Assembly (NCBI GenBank): GCA_003971905.1
Contig: RSEE01000032.1
Location: 62,001 to 126,000 of the forward strand
Length of the DNA: 64,000 bases
DNA from: Moniliella sp. 'wahieum'
Taxonomy: Eukaryota
Direction of reading: 5' to 3'
A model generated the notes under the pieces. It saw only the letters and a program-made list of their open reading frames with translations. It had not been told where the DNA came from and searched no databases. The position numbers were made by a program, and so were the translations under genes. Positions 13,490-26,103 of the stretch are shown here, piece by piece (the first letter of the stretch is position 1; the number at the start of each line of letters is the position of its first letter).

Positions 13490-14572
13490 TTTCTATCAGC
13501 TCCGGCCCCTCTATCGCTGAGCGAGGCCACGGCATCTATGCTTCCGGCTTCTCTGTCCCATCGTGAATAGGAATGCCTGGGGAGTACTTCCGCCAGCCAT
13601 AACCCTTCTTATGCAACATGATTCGGCGGCGCACCATCCATTTTTCAAGAATAAGAACCCATTTTCATATGATCCTGGTCATGCTTATATAGACAACGCG
13701 TACAGAGAGGTCCTGCAAGCGGCGTTTCAGTGAAAGATGACCAGGCGCAAATGATGTTAATGACGGGAGAAAGAATTGGATAAGTAGGGCGCCCAGGCTT
13801 GTTGCCTCTGGCCGGATGCACCCCCAACAGCTCAGTTTGGTGGAGTCCATGGCCTCCTCACCTCTGCGTTATATCCTGCGCGATCGATCAGGCCTCGGAT
13901 GATCTTAATGATCGAACTGATAAACCAGCTTTTCGAGTCAATCTCATTAATCAACGTAATCAACGTTCAACGTGTTCCACCTGAATTCACCTTCAAAAGC
14001 TTCAAGACCCGATCGTCGATGTTCTCCTGGGCCTTATTATAACACATAGTTACTACTCTTCCGTAGGGCGTGAAGAACAACACTTCCACCTTTAAGCTTT
14101 AAGCCTCTCGGCCTTCTCTCAGCGGCTCCAAGTGTCAGTGCTTCGCTCCCCTCTATAGCTTGTTGTCTTTTGATGGCACAGATGCAAGAAGATTTTTGAT
14201 CTTCATTTCCTCAACGTCCTCAGGCCTCAACCGTAAAACGCGCGTAACGTCCGCAAGAGCTTTACTTATATAGTCCTTACATACACTGCCCGCAAAACGC
14301 TGTTCGGAGGGAAGCCACAGGCACTTGGCTTGGCACGTCGATGATCGATGAATTAAGCTCAAGTTGAAGTTAAGTTGAAAAGCTTGACTAGCTTGAAGCG
14401 GGTCCATCGACATCGACCATCGACCATTGTGATCGATGATCGAGAGATTCGTCATCGAAGGCACCGGAATGAAGCCCTTTTTTGGAGAGAAGGTGGATCG
14501 ATAGCCTTTGCTAGCACCCAGAGACTTCCCGCTATGCTTCGTTTGGAGTTCCGAACTATTGGGCATTGACAT
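13490..14572 (-). CDS. Orphan island protein B (multi-exon, boundaries uncertain)
   Basis: ORF 14153-14572 (..DYISKALADVTRVLRLRPEDVEEMKIKNLL) followed by short exon-like segments bounded by GT..AG on the minus strand. Confidence 0.3.
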
Positions 14573-15116
14573 ATTGACACGTACTAACTGCCACAGAGGC
14601 TATATATGCATAAGAATCAGGCGTGACGACGAACTGCCATGACTAATGGTTGTCTCGATTGTTAGACACGGCTGGGGGGTTAACGTTTATCTAGCACAAG
14701 TTCCCGGCACAACTTGGTTTAAAATAATCCCGTCTGCTGTGCCCAACTGTAGCCAAGCTGCCATTTTATCCCAAACTCGCTGTCACAGAAGTATTAGCTT
14801 AACCTCGGGCCCGTGTTGCGCCAGGGTCGTATAGCGGGAAAATCAGGTGCATCCTCTCGTTCAATTCGCCGATTTGTTTAATCCCAAGTTGACATCCCTC
14901 GCATTACTTGGGAAAAAGCCACGCCAGAGGCTTCGACAAAAGGCATGCGTGATTTCCATGTGTAGGGGCCGGGACGGTGGTTCGCACTGTATCCCAAGTG
15001 TATAGGCGCATCTTTCGAGAAGTGGGACGTTTTCCCTATTCGATTAAATGCATCTCCTCTTTAGCTATATTATGGGTATAATAGGGAAAGGGTGTCCATT
15101 CTGGCCTGCGGCCACA

Positions 15117-16600
15117 TCAACTTTCGCCATCGCGGCCGAACACGTTGCGCTTCAAACTTGATGCCCCTTCAGCAGCCAGGACCACACCACCATCTTTCGT
15201 GTGGCCACCTTCTCCTCCAAACCAATGGGGCTTCGCGGTCATCTTACAGCGAGCTTTCGTAGGGAGAGGAGGTTGGTGAGCCCTTGAAAGAGCTGCTGAA
15301 GGAGGAGGAAAGCGAATGAGAGGAGAAATGCCTTCGACCCATTCCACCGTCTTGGTAATACCACTGTTTGCACGGCACTTCTCCATGATACGGGGTTCAT
15401 CGTCAATCAATGTTTGGATCTCCGCCCACGCGTCGATTGTTTTCGTCCTCTTGATGCGCTTTCCGGATGCGTGGCTCGTGGTGCCAGTGAGGTCTTCCTC
15501 TTGGCAGCTCATCAAACTCCTCGCCGATTTCGACCTGGTTGTCCCGAGATCCTGATTCCCTGCCCCTGGTGGGGGTTGAGTCTGGCTGCACGCCCCCGAA
15601 CATTTCCTTATAAATCGCTGCAGCCAAAGGAGGTTCACAGCTTTCCGACGAGACTCCATGGGTACGCCAGTTTGGGTATTAATCCCTATACCCCCCCAAA
15701 TCTTTCCTATCCATGACGAAGCCTGGCGCATCCAGTCCTCCTGGTTCGATGCATCCAAAGTCATGGGCTGAAATGATCCGAAGTCAATACCTCTGACTGC
15801 AAGCAACAAACGTCAAGGTCAAACGTACGGCCAAATCGAAAATGCGACGACGCAAGGTGGACCAGATCGGGTTCAGGAACACCGTCAATAGGACTTGGAT
15901 AAACTGTTTTTTCTCGACCGATGTGAGCCAGGAGTTGTCCCGCGTCGAAGTTAAACTCATCGACCTCGAGGGGAACAAGCCAGTTGCCGTCGGAAAAACA
16001 AGCCTAAATCTTTGTTGTTGAAGGCCCTGCTCTCAGGATGCAGAAAAACCCATACCGCGAGCTCTTTGCACCATTTCTGCTAGTAGCGATCCGTTCATGT
16101 AAAGAGAGAGAAAATGTCAGTACTTTTAAAGTATGATCCTGTGGGGTATGCGGGAGAGCTGATGGTCCTGACCTTGTTGTGCTCCAGCAAGCGTTCGAAA
16201 TACTGGCGTGGGTTGGCCATGGTAAAGCCCCTGGCGAATGATTCTTGCTTCGCACTGTTTGATACGATGAGCTCCCGAAGTTCCTTGTTGTCCTCATGGA
16301 GTAATGCCATTGCCCCTTGGAGTGATGCAAGTTGCCGGTGTACCGAGCGGTAACATGAAATAATGGCCTCCTCCGCCGGCGAAAGGGACAGATCAGGGGA
16401 ATACAAGGAAATTCCTCCTGATTAACGAGGCACTCTTCATCGGCATCTGTAGTGCGGGGAGCGAGGTGTCAACGGTAACATCCATCGCATCTTCATCGTT
16501 GTCCATCGCCGTCACGTTCTGCAAGTTGATAATAGGGACATCCCTCTGGTGCGGGAGGGAGGCATTCCGGAGTGGCAGTACTGGCTCAACAGAAAGATGG
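15117..16600 (-). CDS. Orphan island protein C, coiled-coil, two introns
   Basis: ORFs 16095-16406, 15784-15978 and 15117-15809 join through gtcagg..ag and gtacgt..cag introns. Coiled-coil segment RQLASLQGAMALLHEDNKELRELI; basic KRIKRTK. Start uncertain. Confidence 0.55.
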
Positions 16601-17059
16601 TGGCGGGAAAGGTGGTGGGCGGGGTATGCAGTTCGCGTAAAAGGATGCAGCTGTGTGTCGCTTCACCACCAGGGTCATACGGTCATACAGGGATCGAGCT
16701 GAGATTTGCGGAGCGAGAAGTGAGACTGCACCACCTCAATTTAGGGTTGGGCCACTGCTTCATCGATCATCACCCCAAAAACAAGCATGGTGTGGAGAGC
16801 ATGCTTGTGCTGCCCTGCGACGTAAGGCCGCTGTAGTCCCTGAGGGCAGGGTCGCTCGCGCGAAGAAACTATTGTCATGCAAGAACTATATGCAACACAA
16901 ATTTATGTAGTGGTAGATGTGACCTAGTGCTAGTGACCGTTCATCTCCCTCTCGTCGCTCGTCGCTCGTCCCGCTTGTCGATAAGATCGATAAGCTGTAA
17001 CATGTAACACGAGGAGACCACCGGGCCTACGGCCCGGTCAGCTGCTGCGTCACCACCTC

Positions 17060-17138
17060 AGCCACCGTTCCCCCTTCGCCACTTTAGCCACCGTTCCCCC
17101 TTCGCCACCTTAGCCACCGTTCCCCCCTTCGCCACCCT
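17060..17138 (+). repeat. 3 x ~26-bp tandem repeat AGCCACCGTTCCCCCTTCGCCACYTT
   Basis: Units start at 17060, 17086 and 17112; preceded by hairpin accgggcc-tac-ggcccggt at 17020-17038. Confidence 0.9.
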
Positions 17139-17399
17139 AAAAATATCACCGATTCGTGCTGACGCGCTGATGACTGTGCGGGTGGCGTGGAACGTGGCAC
17201 GGTCAGCTGATGTAAAAGTGTCCATGACGATTCCTCCAATCTTATAATTGGTGGCGCTATCAATACTCTTCCCGCAAGATGAACGGCTCGGTTTAGACGC
17301 AGCGTTTCCCTGTCCCAGCCTTCAGCTCTATCAATGATATGGATGCAACATAGAGATGTAATATGGGTATCCTCAGCCTTCGGGCTCAGGCTGGGCGCT

Positions 17400-19142
17400 G
17401 AGGCTCTCAGCCCCCAGGGGCCTGGTCACTCGTGAGCGCGTGAGCCTGCGTCGATTTGATACAATGAAGACTCTTCTTCTGTATAGCCACAGCCTTCCTC
17501 TTTCGAACAACAAGTTGAATATACGCGCTGAGAATGTCATAGCATGCCAGCGGAGAAATAGGTAAACGGACAACAGTTCAAGCCCACTTCCGGACAGAGA
17601 CACTGTTCACCCAGCTGAAGAACTCTCCTACAGGGACACCATCACATCTCCCAAGAAACAAAATCTGCCAGCCGCATGCGTATAATCGCCAGAACCCGGA
17701 ACTTGATCCGGAAAACGAAAACCATTGGTGCCCCGTCGCCAACAGTGACACTCACTCTATCAATGCGTGCTGTCCAAAGTTCCCCCCCCTACGCTTGGGG
17801 TCCATCTACAGGCACGTCAAGAATCACCGGGCACGCAAGGTCCAAGACCAACAGATGAAGGACCAGCTTGATACCAGGGCATCACTATTGATATCTTGCA
17901 GAGATTCTTCCGTTTTCAAAGTAGGACCTGCACGTGTCGCAATACGGGCAAATGGACACAACCCACCAGCCACGACTTATCCACGTCCTTTTGCACAAAG
18001 AAGTAATTCAACACTGCTTGACCCCTGGTTTCGCCTTACCTCGATGGCAAGGAAACAAGGTGGTGCATTCCCTCGTACCCCGGTGCGCCGAATCTATATC
18101 TCGGTGCTTGGCTGATATCAGGGCCAAACGGACGCCCGGTACGCCCGGTACGCCCCCCTCCGCAAAACATTTGGCAATTCAATGGTTGCTCGAAGCTAAC
18201 CGCGCATGCATCGCCCGCCAGGATATGTTACCTTCGAAGCCATATGTATCAACCAAATCATCGTTTGAATCGGGTACTTTCTCGCTCGCCTGACCCATCA
18301 ACAGGTGGCTCAGTCGATTCCCAGTACATGAACAGTCAAAGGTTGTACACTTACCCCGTTTCACCGTAGCCAAGAATGTGGTCGCCGAAACCGGGGAAGT
18401 GGAAGTGAAGCTTGAAGGTCACCGGGTAACCATTCGCATGGGAGGTTCCCGAACAACCCTCCGGGGAAACCAAGCTCCGTTTACGATTGGGGAGGTTCAA
18501 ACCATTGGCGTTGCAACTGACAAGGTGCACGGTTCCCTGAATTCGATCTGGATTGTCTATCAGCCAATGGTTGTAACTGGGCATGTTCAGCCTGAATCGG
18601 ATTGCCGCATCGTGGAAGAGTTGCCCCGCCATGTTGTACGATTGGGGCCTTGGCCAGGGTACGTTTACCATTCCTATAATGCTCCGAGGCATACATACCT
18701 CGCCCTCCTTCCACTCGATGAATATGATCCTCATCTTTTCCCCATCTCCATCTCCTGTTACGAGATGGCCGAGATGTTTGATGGTTGAACGTTGAACGTT
18801 GGATGTTGAGGGCCGATAGCCGATGGCCGATGGTTGGTTGTCCATGCACCATATATGTGGGCGAAATGTGTATATTTTACTGACAGCCGATGGCCGAAGG
18901 TCGATGTCGCCCGCCACACTAGGGTAGTGGCGCTGGTAGCCCAAGCCCGTCGGATCCTTTTCCAGTGTATTCCTGCCAATATTCCTTCGCACAGGATGAC
19001 AAGAATGAATATTCTCTAGTCTCTGTAGCTAATGTGCAATGCAATACACACCGTCAACTGCCTGCTTTCTGGTTTTTCCACCGTCGATGTTCGACGGAGC
19101 TCGATGGGGCCGGAAGAGAGTCGAAAGAGAAGAAGGAAGCAT
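17400..19142 (-). CDS. Orphan intron-rich island gene D
   Basis: ORF 18351-18992 ends at a gtaagt donor; several further GT..AG-bounded small exons follow. TTATAA ~30 nt upstream of an ATG near 19142. Confidence 0.35.
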
Positions 19143-20398
19143 CGTGGATTCAACGCTTGCGTGTTGGCACCTTTATAATAAGCTTCTCCAATGCGCGCTA
19201 TTTTAAAAGAGGACGGGCTTCGCTTGTCCCGAGCACGGCCTTCGTGGCGTCATGACGTGGTGAGTCGGTGCGATGGCAAGATGGAAGATGCAACAGCAGC
19301 CACCAGGGTAACCGGCAACATAGCCACCTGCGTTACAGAACTCGTAGCTCCAAGTAAGTACGAACATAGCACCCCCAGTGGCGTTACAAAAAAAGGCCGA
19401 GGCCGAGGTCGAGGCGCTGAGGGTCGAGGCGCTGAGGCTCGCCGGTGACCTGGTAGTGACTAGCTCCCGACTGCGCCTGAGCCGGGGCCCACACATGCCT
19501 CCAACCCTAGCAAACGGTCTAGTTATGCACCCGAGACAGAGACAAAAACGGGGAGCAGTTGGGTAGTGGATATGGCGACAACCAGGAGAGCCGACCACCG
19601 TGCCGGCTGCCGTGGGCCTCACGAGCCCCATGGGCCATACGAGCCACACGTGTTCTGGGGGGCCGCACGCTAGAGACAGTCGGCGTGGCGCGGAGCACAC
19701 GGCAGTCTACGCACAGCCCCATCGACCCATCGACCCGATCCAACACCCCCTATATCCACCCGGAGGAAGCGCCCAGCCAAGAGGCGGCGGACACGCCCGC
19801 CGAATCGGGCCGCCGATTCAATCGCCCTGCCTACTGGGTCGCACATTCCATGCCAGGCCCCCTCCCCCGCGCCGCTCCTGGTAGGCTCGCCCCATCGACG
19901 GTGGACCATCATCGACACGACCGACCTGCCATGCCAAAGTTCCATCGGCGGGCATCACATGTCACACAAGCATCACACGTCCACCATGCCAACACTGCCT
20001 GCCTGTGCGGCATCTCAGATGTCAGGCGGTCTCAGATCGCAGATCTCAGGGTCTGCCCGATCTCACCCATCGCCTGCGTCTCCCGCATCACGCATCACCT
20101 GTCCTGCGCACGGCGCGGGTGTGCGCGCTGGACAGCTCACTCCGCCTGCCGAGCGCTTCACGCTTCCACGTCGGGTTGACGCGTGACCGCCACGCATTTC
20201 CCGCCCCCGTCACCCACCCGTGCTGAGGCTCAGCGCTCGGCCCACACCACGCTTCCCGCTGCCAGGGGGCGGTGGCGCGGCCTGGGCGGCTGTGGGCGGC
20301 TGCGGGTGTGGCTTCAGCTTCTGCCCCTGCCTCCCTCCTCCATATACCTCCCCCACGGCCTCCGCTTCGCCCCCCCTGCCCCCCACCCCTCGGCCAGC

Positions 20399-21308
20399 AT
20401 GCTCGCCCAGTCCGCCTTCCCCTCCGCCCTGCCGCCCACGACCAACCTCCTCGGCCTCTCCTTCGGCACCCCGCCCGCCGTCTCCCCCTCGCCCCCCTTC
20501 TCCCCCGAATCCTCCCCCGCATGCTCGCCCGAATGCTCCCCGCTGATGCTCCCGGCTGGGCCCGCTCCAGCCGATGCGCTTTCCCCGGCCCCCGTCTCAA
20601 TCCCCGTCCCAGTCTCCGTCCCAGTCCCAGCCGGCTTCTCCGCCGGCCAATGGGGCGGGCGCGCTCGTAAACAGCCCCCGGCTCCTTTGGCTCTCCGCTT
20701 CCCCAGCACCCGCAGCCATCCCATCCCGCCCCCGGACGACGACTGGGAACCCTTACCCGTCACTCCTCATCAGCGCCACGCGTCGTGGTCGCGCTTCCTT
20801 TGCTGTGCCCCTCACGCCCTCCCATCGGTCCCCACAGCAGCTCCCTTTCCTTTCCGAATCTCCTCGCCTGGCTCTGCACGACCCCCACTCCGTTGACCCC
20901 ATTGGCCCCATCGGACCTACCGACTCGGGTTTCTCTGATGAACCGTTCAGCTGTCCCACCAATGCCAGCCGGACCACATTCTTTTCGGCGCCAAGCTCGG
21001 CCTTGTCCATGTCGACTGCCACTACCACCCCGCCTGCTTCGGCGGAAGAGGACTGCTTTGGCTTACTGTCAGCTCCCGCCACGGCATTCACCTCCACCTT
21101 CCCGCTGTTGCCGGGGCAAAATGCACCGTGGAGCGGGTCCGACGCTTGGTCTTGTGTCGCAGCCCCGACCGGGCCACCAAAAGGACGCGTGATCACGCAC
21201 CATGCCACTCAGCCCGCCTTGAAGACCCAGTTTCTCAGTGCCGAGACAGACTTGCCACTGCGTACACGCTTAGCTTCCGACTCGGCTTGTGGCCGGACCG
21301 AACCGTGA
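20399..21308 (+). CDS. Pro/Ser-rich hypothetical protein
   Basis: MLAQSAFPSALPPTTNLLGLSFGTPPAVSPSPPFSPES.. continues by frameshift into ORF 20574-21308; a pyrimidine-rich UTR-like tract follows. Confidence 0.45.
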
Positions 21309-23032
21309 AGCAACGTTGCAACTCCCGGGGCTCTTTCTTTCTTATTCGTTGGCGGCAAACGACCTAGTATGGTGCTGGGGCCTGGGTTGACCCCGATGCA
21401 ACAGCAGCTATACAGGCGGTGCCGACCACCAAGGCTAAGCGTTTCGCATTTTGCGTTTCGCGCGCCGTGCGCTGTGCGCCGTGCGTCTTGCGCCGTTTCC
21501 CTTTTCGCTTTTTATACCTATTGCCGCTCCCAGCTCGGCCTGATACCTGCCCTTCTCGCTCTACATTCGCTTTTCTTCCTCGACCCCAAGTGGGTCGACA
21601 ACGCTCCTTCTCCCACGGTGCGAGAGATTTCTTTCCTTACAGCACTCCCACTCCCCTCTGACCCGCCACTTCATTACCCCATGCGTGCCTTCCCCCCCCC
21701 CCCCCCCCCCCCCCGGCTCTCGCGGTTCTCCTTCCTTTCCGTCAAGGCCGTTCTCTTGGCCCCACCCTACCGCGTTCGGTGCCCGTATTGCCTTGTCTCT
21801 CGTCTCTCGTCCCCCGTCTTTCGTCTTTCGTCTCTCGTCTCTCGTCTCTCGTCTCTCGTCGTGTGTCTTATGTCTTGTGTCTTGTCTCTTATTGCCTCTT
21901 GTCTCTCGTGTCAGCTGTTACAGCTCTGCCTTGTCCATTGCGTACGGGTTTGGTTTCCTTCCTCCACCGTCGCTCCTCGTTGTCCAACTCCTGTGCTCTT
22001 CCCTACCGATTCGTGCCGGGTGCATCCCATCTCGCTGGTCTCGCCGGTCTCGCTTGAAGTTTGAAGCTTGAAGCCGGGCTGTGCAAGGCAACAAGGATGC
22101 TCGATGCACCCCGCGTCCGCGTCTGTTGGGTGTGTGCCCACAGCTCACATGCCACTTTGTCACAGGCAATCCATGCCTCGCACTGGTTTCACTCCTTTCC
22201 TGGCTCGGGACCCGTTCTCATCAATCTCATCAATGTCCTCAGTGCTTTGGGGTGGGTCTGGCCTGGTCTGACTCGCGTATCTATCGTTGCAGGGTATAGT
22301 CTTCTGGCTCGGGCATCTTGTACCACAGGGTGGTTCTGGCTGGCAGTTACTAGTTACGCATTCTGATGCATGATGCATGATGGTCTCATCGATCTCAGTC
22401 GGCTTCTCGTCGACCATCGAATATCGACCGGCAACCATCTCGATCATCGATGTACTCCCTACGATCTAAGACGGAAGGCGTGGCGCCAGGGCCCTCCAGT
22501 GCCCCCCTGCATTTTGCCCCGCCGTTTTTGCCTCCCTCGACTAGCGACTGCGCCTGAGCCTGAGGCCCTGGAGCCACTGCCCAGCCTGAGCCTAAGCCCC
22601 CACCGATCCTTCGATCCATCGATCTATCGATCTATCGATCTATCGATCATCGCTCCTCCACCTCTGGTCCTACTCTTTTTAACCGGTTACCGGTTACCAT
22701 TATACAACGGGCTTGACCAAGTCTGATCACCAGCGTAGCTTCAGAACTTCCACTTTGGAATAGGATTGCTATTCAATATTCACATGATTCACAGCATACT
22801 GAGCAAGAGACAGAGCGAGATACTCGATACGGGGCCATGCGAGCCCGGTGAGCTTTTGCCTGCTTGTTGGGGGTGGGGGGGGGGGTGCAACCATGTGTGG
22901 AATGTGGCCTTTCCGTCACTGGATGAGCTCGTTGAACTCAATGAGCGCTCAGGCCAAACCCATGGCTTCCATTGACATGCCCTCTTCTTTCCAGCATCAT
23001 CTCTGCCACTTGTGGGTCCGATCAGGTACGCG

Positions 23033-25138
23033 TTACGCCTGCTTTGTAGCGCAGCGTTCACCACGCTTCGGCTGCCTTGAGCCGGTTCGTCGCGCTTGGC
23101 CACAAGCTGAAGTCCAGCCGGGGCGCCATCAAAGGCATGGCGGTACGTAGCGTACTCGGATGCGACGCGGGCATCGTCCTCGCCAAACGGACCGCGGGTG
23201 CGCGCTTGGGCTTTCTCCTTCTCGACAAACTGTTGGTCCAGTTCTGCGTTGGCCACCACGCCCGAGGGAAGGAGAGAGCAGGTAATCGAGTAAGTTCCAC
23301 TGGGACGTTGTAGCCCCAGTAGTACGCCGTCTCGGGACGTTCGGCGACACTGGTGGTGGCTGGGCAGAGTAGTACGTCGATTCCCGCCTGGTCCCACGCG
23401 CGCCAGTAGACAGCCTTGTACGTTTCCCGCTTGGCGCGCAAGTCAAACACCTTGCTCGCTGACAGCGGCGCCGAGGGGACATAGGGTTCCTGCAGAATAA
23501 ACTCAGTGAGTGGGTCCAACTTTTCTTGGCCTGCAGCAAGCAGCGCACGCGTGCGTACCGCCCCATCTTGCCAGTAGAGCGAGCGGATCAAGTCCCAGGC
23601 CACCTTGTGGTCGCCCAACGGCTCGGGCAACTCTTTGATCTCGAGCCAGTCTTTGCCCTCGCCTTGGCTCAGGGCAATCAACTGATCGACCACATGCTGC
23701 AATGCACGTCGGATCGGCGGTTGCGGCACTACCACCCCATCGTCCCGTTGCACCCCAATGACCAACTTGGTCTTGAGTCCGCGCGCCTGACGTACCTTGC
23801 GCCCCAACTCAGTCCACGACGGCACCAGCGCTGGGTCAGTGTCGTCGTCCCCCTCGGCCCAGGGACGTGGCTGGAGACTGCCATCGCGGTCCCAGAGCGC
23901 TTCGGTACCCGCGAGCGCAGTGGGACTCAGCACGGTGCGCATGAAGAGTTGCACGTCGCGCAAGCTGCGTGCCAATGGTCCACACACGGGCGCTACACCC
24001 ATGTTGCCCGGTCCGGGCGAGCGTGAGCCCACCAACGACAGGCGGAACGCCGAAGGTCGGAACCCCCACAGACCCGACATGGCCGCTGGCTGACGGATCG
24101 AACCACCAATGTCGCTGCCCAATCCCAGTGCACTGGCCCCACTCGAGACCGAGGCACCTTCCCCGCCACTCGAGCCGCCGGGGGAAAGGGCAATGTTGTG
24201 CGCATTGAGGGTTTGACCAAAGGCAAGGGAGCGCGTGTCGAGCTGCATGATGGTCGTTGGCATTGTTGTCTTGGCCACGACGATCGCGCCAGCTTGAACG
24301 AGGGCTTGGACCATCACAGCTTCTTCCTCAGGCGTCGGTTCGCCAATCAAACTCGCGTCGAGCCACTGTGCCCCCGGAGCGGTGGGATCGACCACCTCCT
24401 CGGCCCGGAGCGCGTCAACAATAAAGCAGTGTATTAAGCGTGCCCTGGACGCCAATGTTGCCCTGTGCAAAGCGTGGCGGTAGAAAAAATGGGGGGTTAG
24501 CCACCGTACGTACGGTCCCCCCCCCCCTCCTCTCCAATCAACTCCACGCCCATCCAACCCGCCCGGGTAGGGAAGAAACGAACCTTGATGCTAATGGGGA
24601 GGCCATGCAAGGGCCCCAACGCCTCGCCGCGCGCCCGTTTGGCATCCAACTCCTTGGCGCGCGCACGAGCCGGTTCAGCGAGCAAATGAACAAACGCACC
24701 TAGCGCTTCCTGTGCCACCGCCGTACGAGCCAGCGTCGCTTCCACCACCTCGCTCGCTGTCACGCTGCCTTGCTTCATGGCGTGGACCAGTGCCGACGCA
24801 TCGAGCAGCGTGGCGGCCCCTCGCTCTGAAGGTGCGGTACCGGGAGCGAACAGGACGGCTTGGGCAGTGTCCGAAAGACCGGGCAGGACGCGAACGAGCT
24901 CAGCGGTGGGAGCAGCAGCCAGGACCTGGGCAAAGCTCGGCGCAGCAGGGCGGGAGGCGTGGTCGTAGGTGCGGTCAGTGAGTGCGGTGCGCCATTGGGT
25001 AATGGCGGGGTAGGCGGTACGAATAGACTCGGCGATGGGATTGACGTTGGCGCGTACGCTGGCGGCGAGCGCAGGCAGGGAGGGGTAGTCGGTGCGGGAG
25101 TACCCGCCGGCGGCAATGGGGTGGGTGGAGGTGGCCAT
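23033..25138 (-). CDS. Amidase-signature family enzyme (acetamidase-like)
   Basis: GPLHGLPISIK (catalytic Lys), intron 24463-24583, PGGSSGGEGA and GLGSDIGGSIRQPAA (Ser-cisSer), WNLLDY, GAPAGLQLV. 3' end approximate. Confidence 0.92.
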
Positions 25139-25707
25139 TGGGGTGCAACGGGGTGTTGGAGCAGAGGATGGAGGATGGTGGTGTGGCCGGCGCAGGGAGT
25201 AGAAAAAGGGGCCCGGGGCGGATAAGAATGTGGCTGGACCGCCGCTGGAAGCGCGCTGGGCAAATCCTGAATCCTGAATCCTGGATAATCAATCACGTCT
25301 TTTGTCGATTATTGTTGTGCTACGGGGCATGATGACCATCATTGATGTGTTGGGGGATGGCCTGTCATTGACACGGCGACGGTACTTTTACGCAAGCTGT
25401 TGACGCTTCGCCCCCCTTTGCTCTTTTAAGTTGAAGCTTAACTGTTGAAGTGGTACTTAGTGACCTGTGTACCGTCCCGTACCTGTATACCCGTCCTTAT
25501 CAAGCAGGTGCTCGTGGGTGCGTTTGGATGATTAATTGCGATTGTCGATGATCGAGATGATCCCCATTACTCACCTCCTCTCGGCGCCGCCCCCGGCCGC
25601 GCTGCTAGCCATCGCAGCGTCATTATCTCCTCCTTCGCCTGCCCAATCTCCGGTTTATCTCCCCTTTCAAATTTCCGGTCGGGGCCATTCCTTATTTAGT
25701 GATAGAA

Positions 25708-25717
25708 GTCACGTGAC
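25708..25717. promoter_or_regulatory. Perfect E-box palindrome GTCACGTGAC between the divergent amidase and BUD20
   Basis: Read directly; matches the bHLH (Cbf1-type) consensus. Confidence 0.4.
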
Positions 25718-26103
25718 GGATGATGCGTGACGTGTGGCTAGTGACTTGGACTCGCGTAAGTCACCCACCGGCACTCTCCGGCCATCTTGCGCGCATCTGG
25801 CGCGTAACATGTACCAGCTCCAGTCGTCTTTTCTGTAGCGAGTTCAGGCTGAACAGCAAAGAATTGGCAACGTTACATGTTACACCACTGGGAGTTAGCG
25901 TGTTATTTACCTCACCGGCCTCACCTCGTGCTATGGAAGCGCCATCGCCCAGCATTCAGACGTGTGCAGCGTCGTTTTAGTGGATGGGGCACAAGAGCGG
26001 AGAGGCGGAATAGGAGGTAGTGTGGTCCCGATATACAATTTTTCGGCTGCCTGTACTCACGTAGTATTACTGACCGTATCCACCCCACCACTCTGTCCTC
26101 ATC

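Larger units (their letters stand above)
10785..19390. mobile_element. Compositionally distinct accessory island, possibly non-autonomous transposon-derived
   Basis: Visibly less GC-rich than the flanks; only orphan ORFs; hairpin plus CTAG at the left edge; imperfect inverted repeat 10893/16929; hairpin plus repeats at 17020-17138. No transposase recognised; right boundary approximate. Confidence 0.4.

Noticed and set aside
17060..17138. CRISPR-like array (also the repeats at 35430 and 62162-63120)
   Set aside because: Head-to-tail repeats without unique spacers, no cas genes, eukaryotic context; the last is coding.
18470..18530. LINE APE endonuclease start (HLVSCNANGLNLPNRKRSL)
   Set aside because: No following QE motif, no later APE motifs and no RT; the ORF ends at a splice donor. 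Likely chance.
10785..19390. Mating-type locus or Starship element
   Set aside because: No homeodomain, pheromone receptor, CAAX pheromone or DUF3435-type recombinase recognised.
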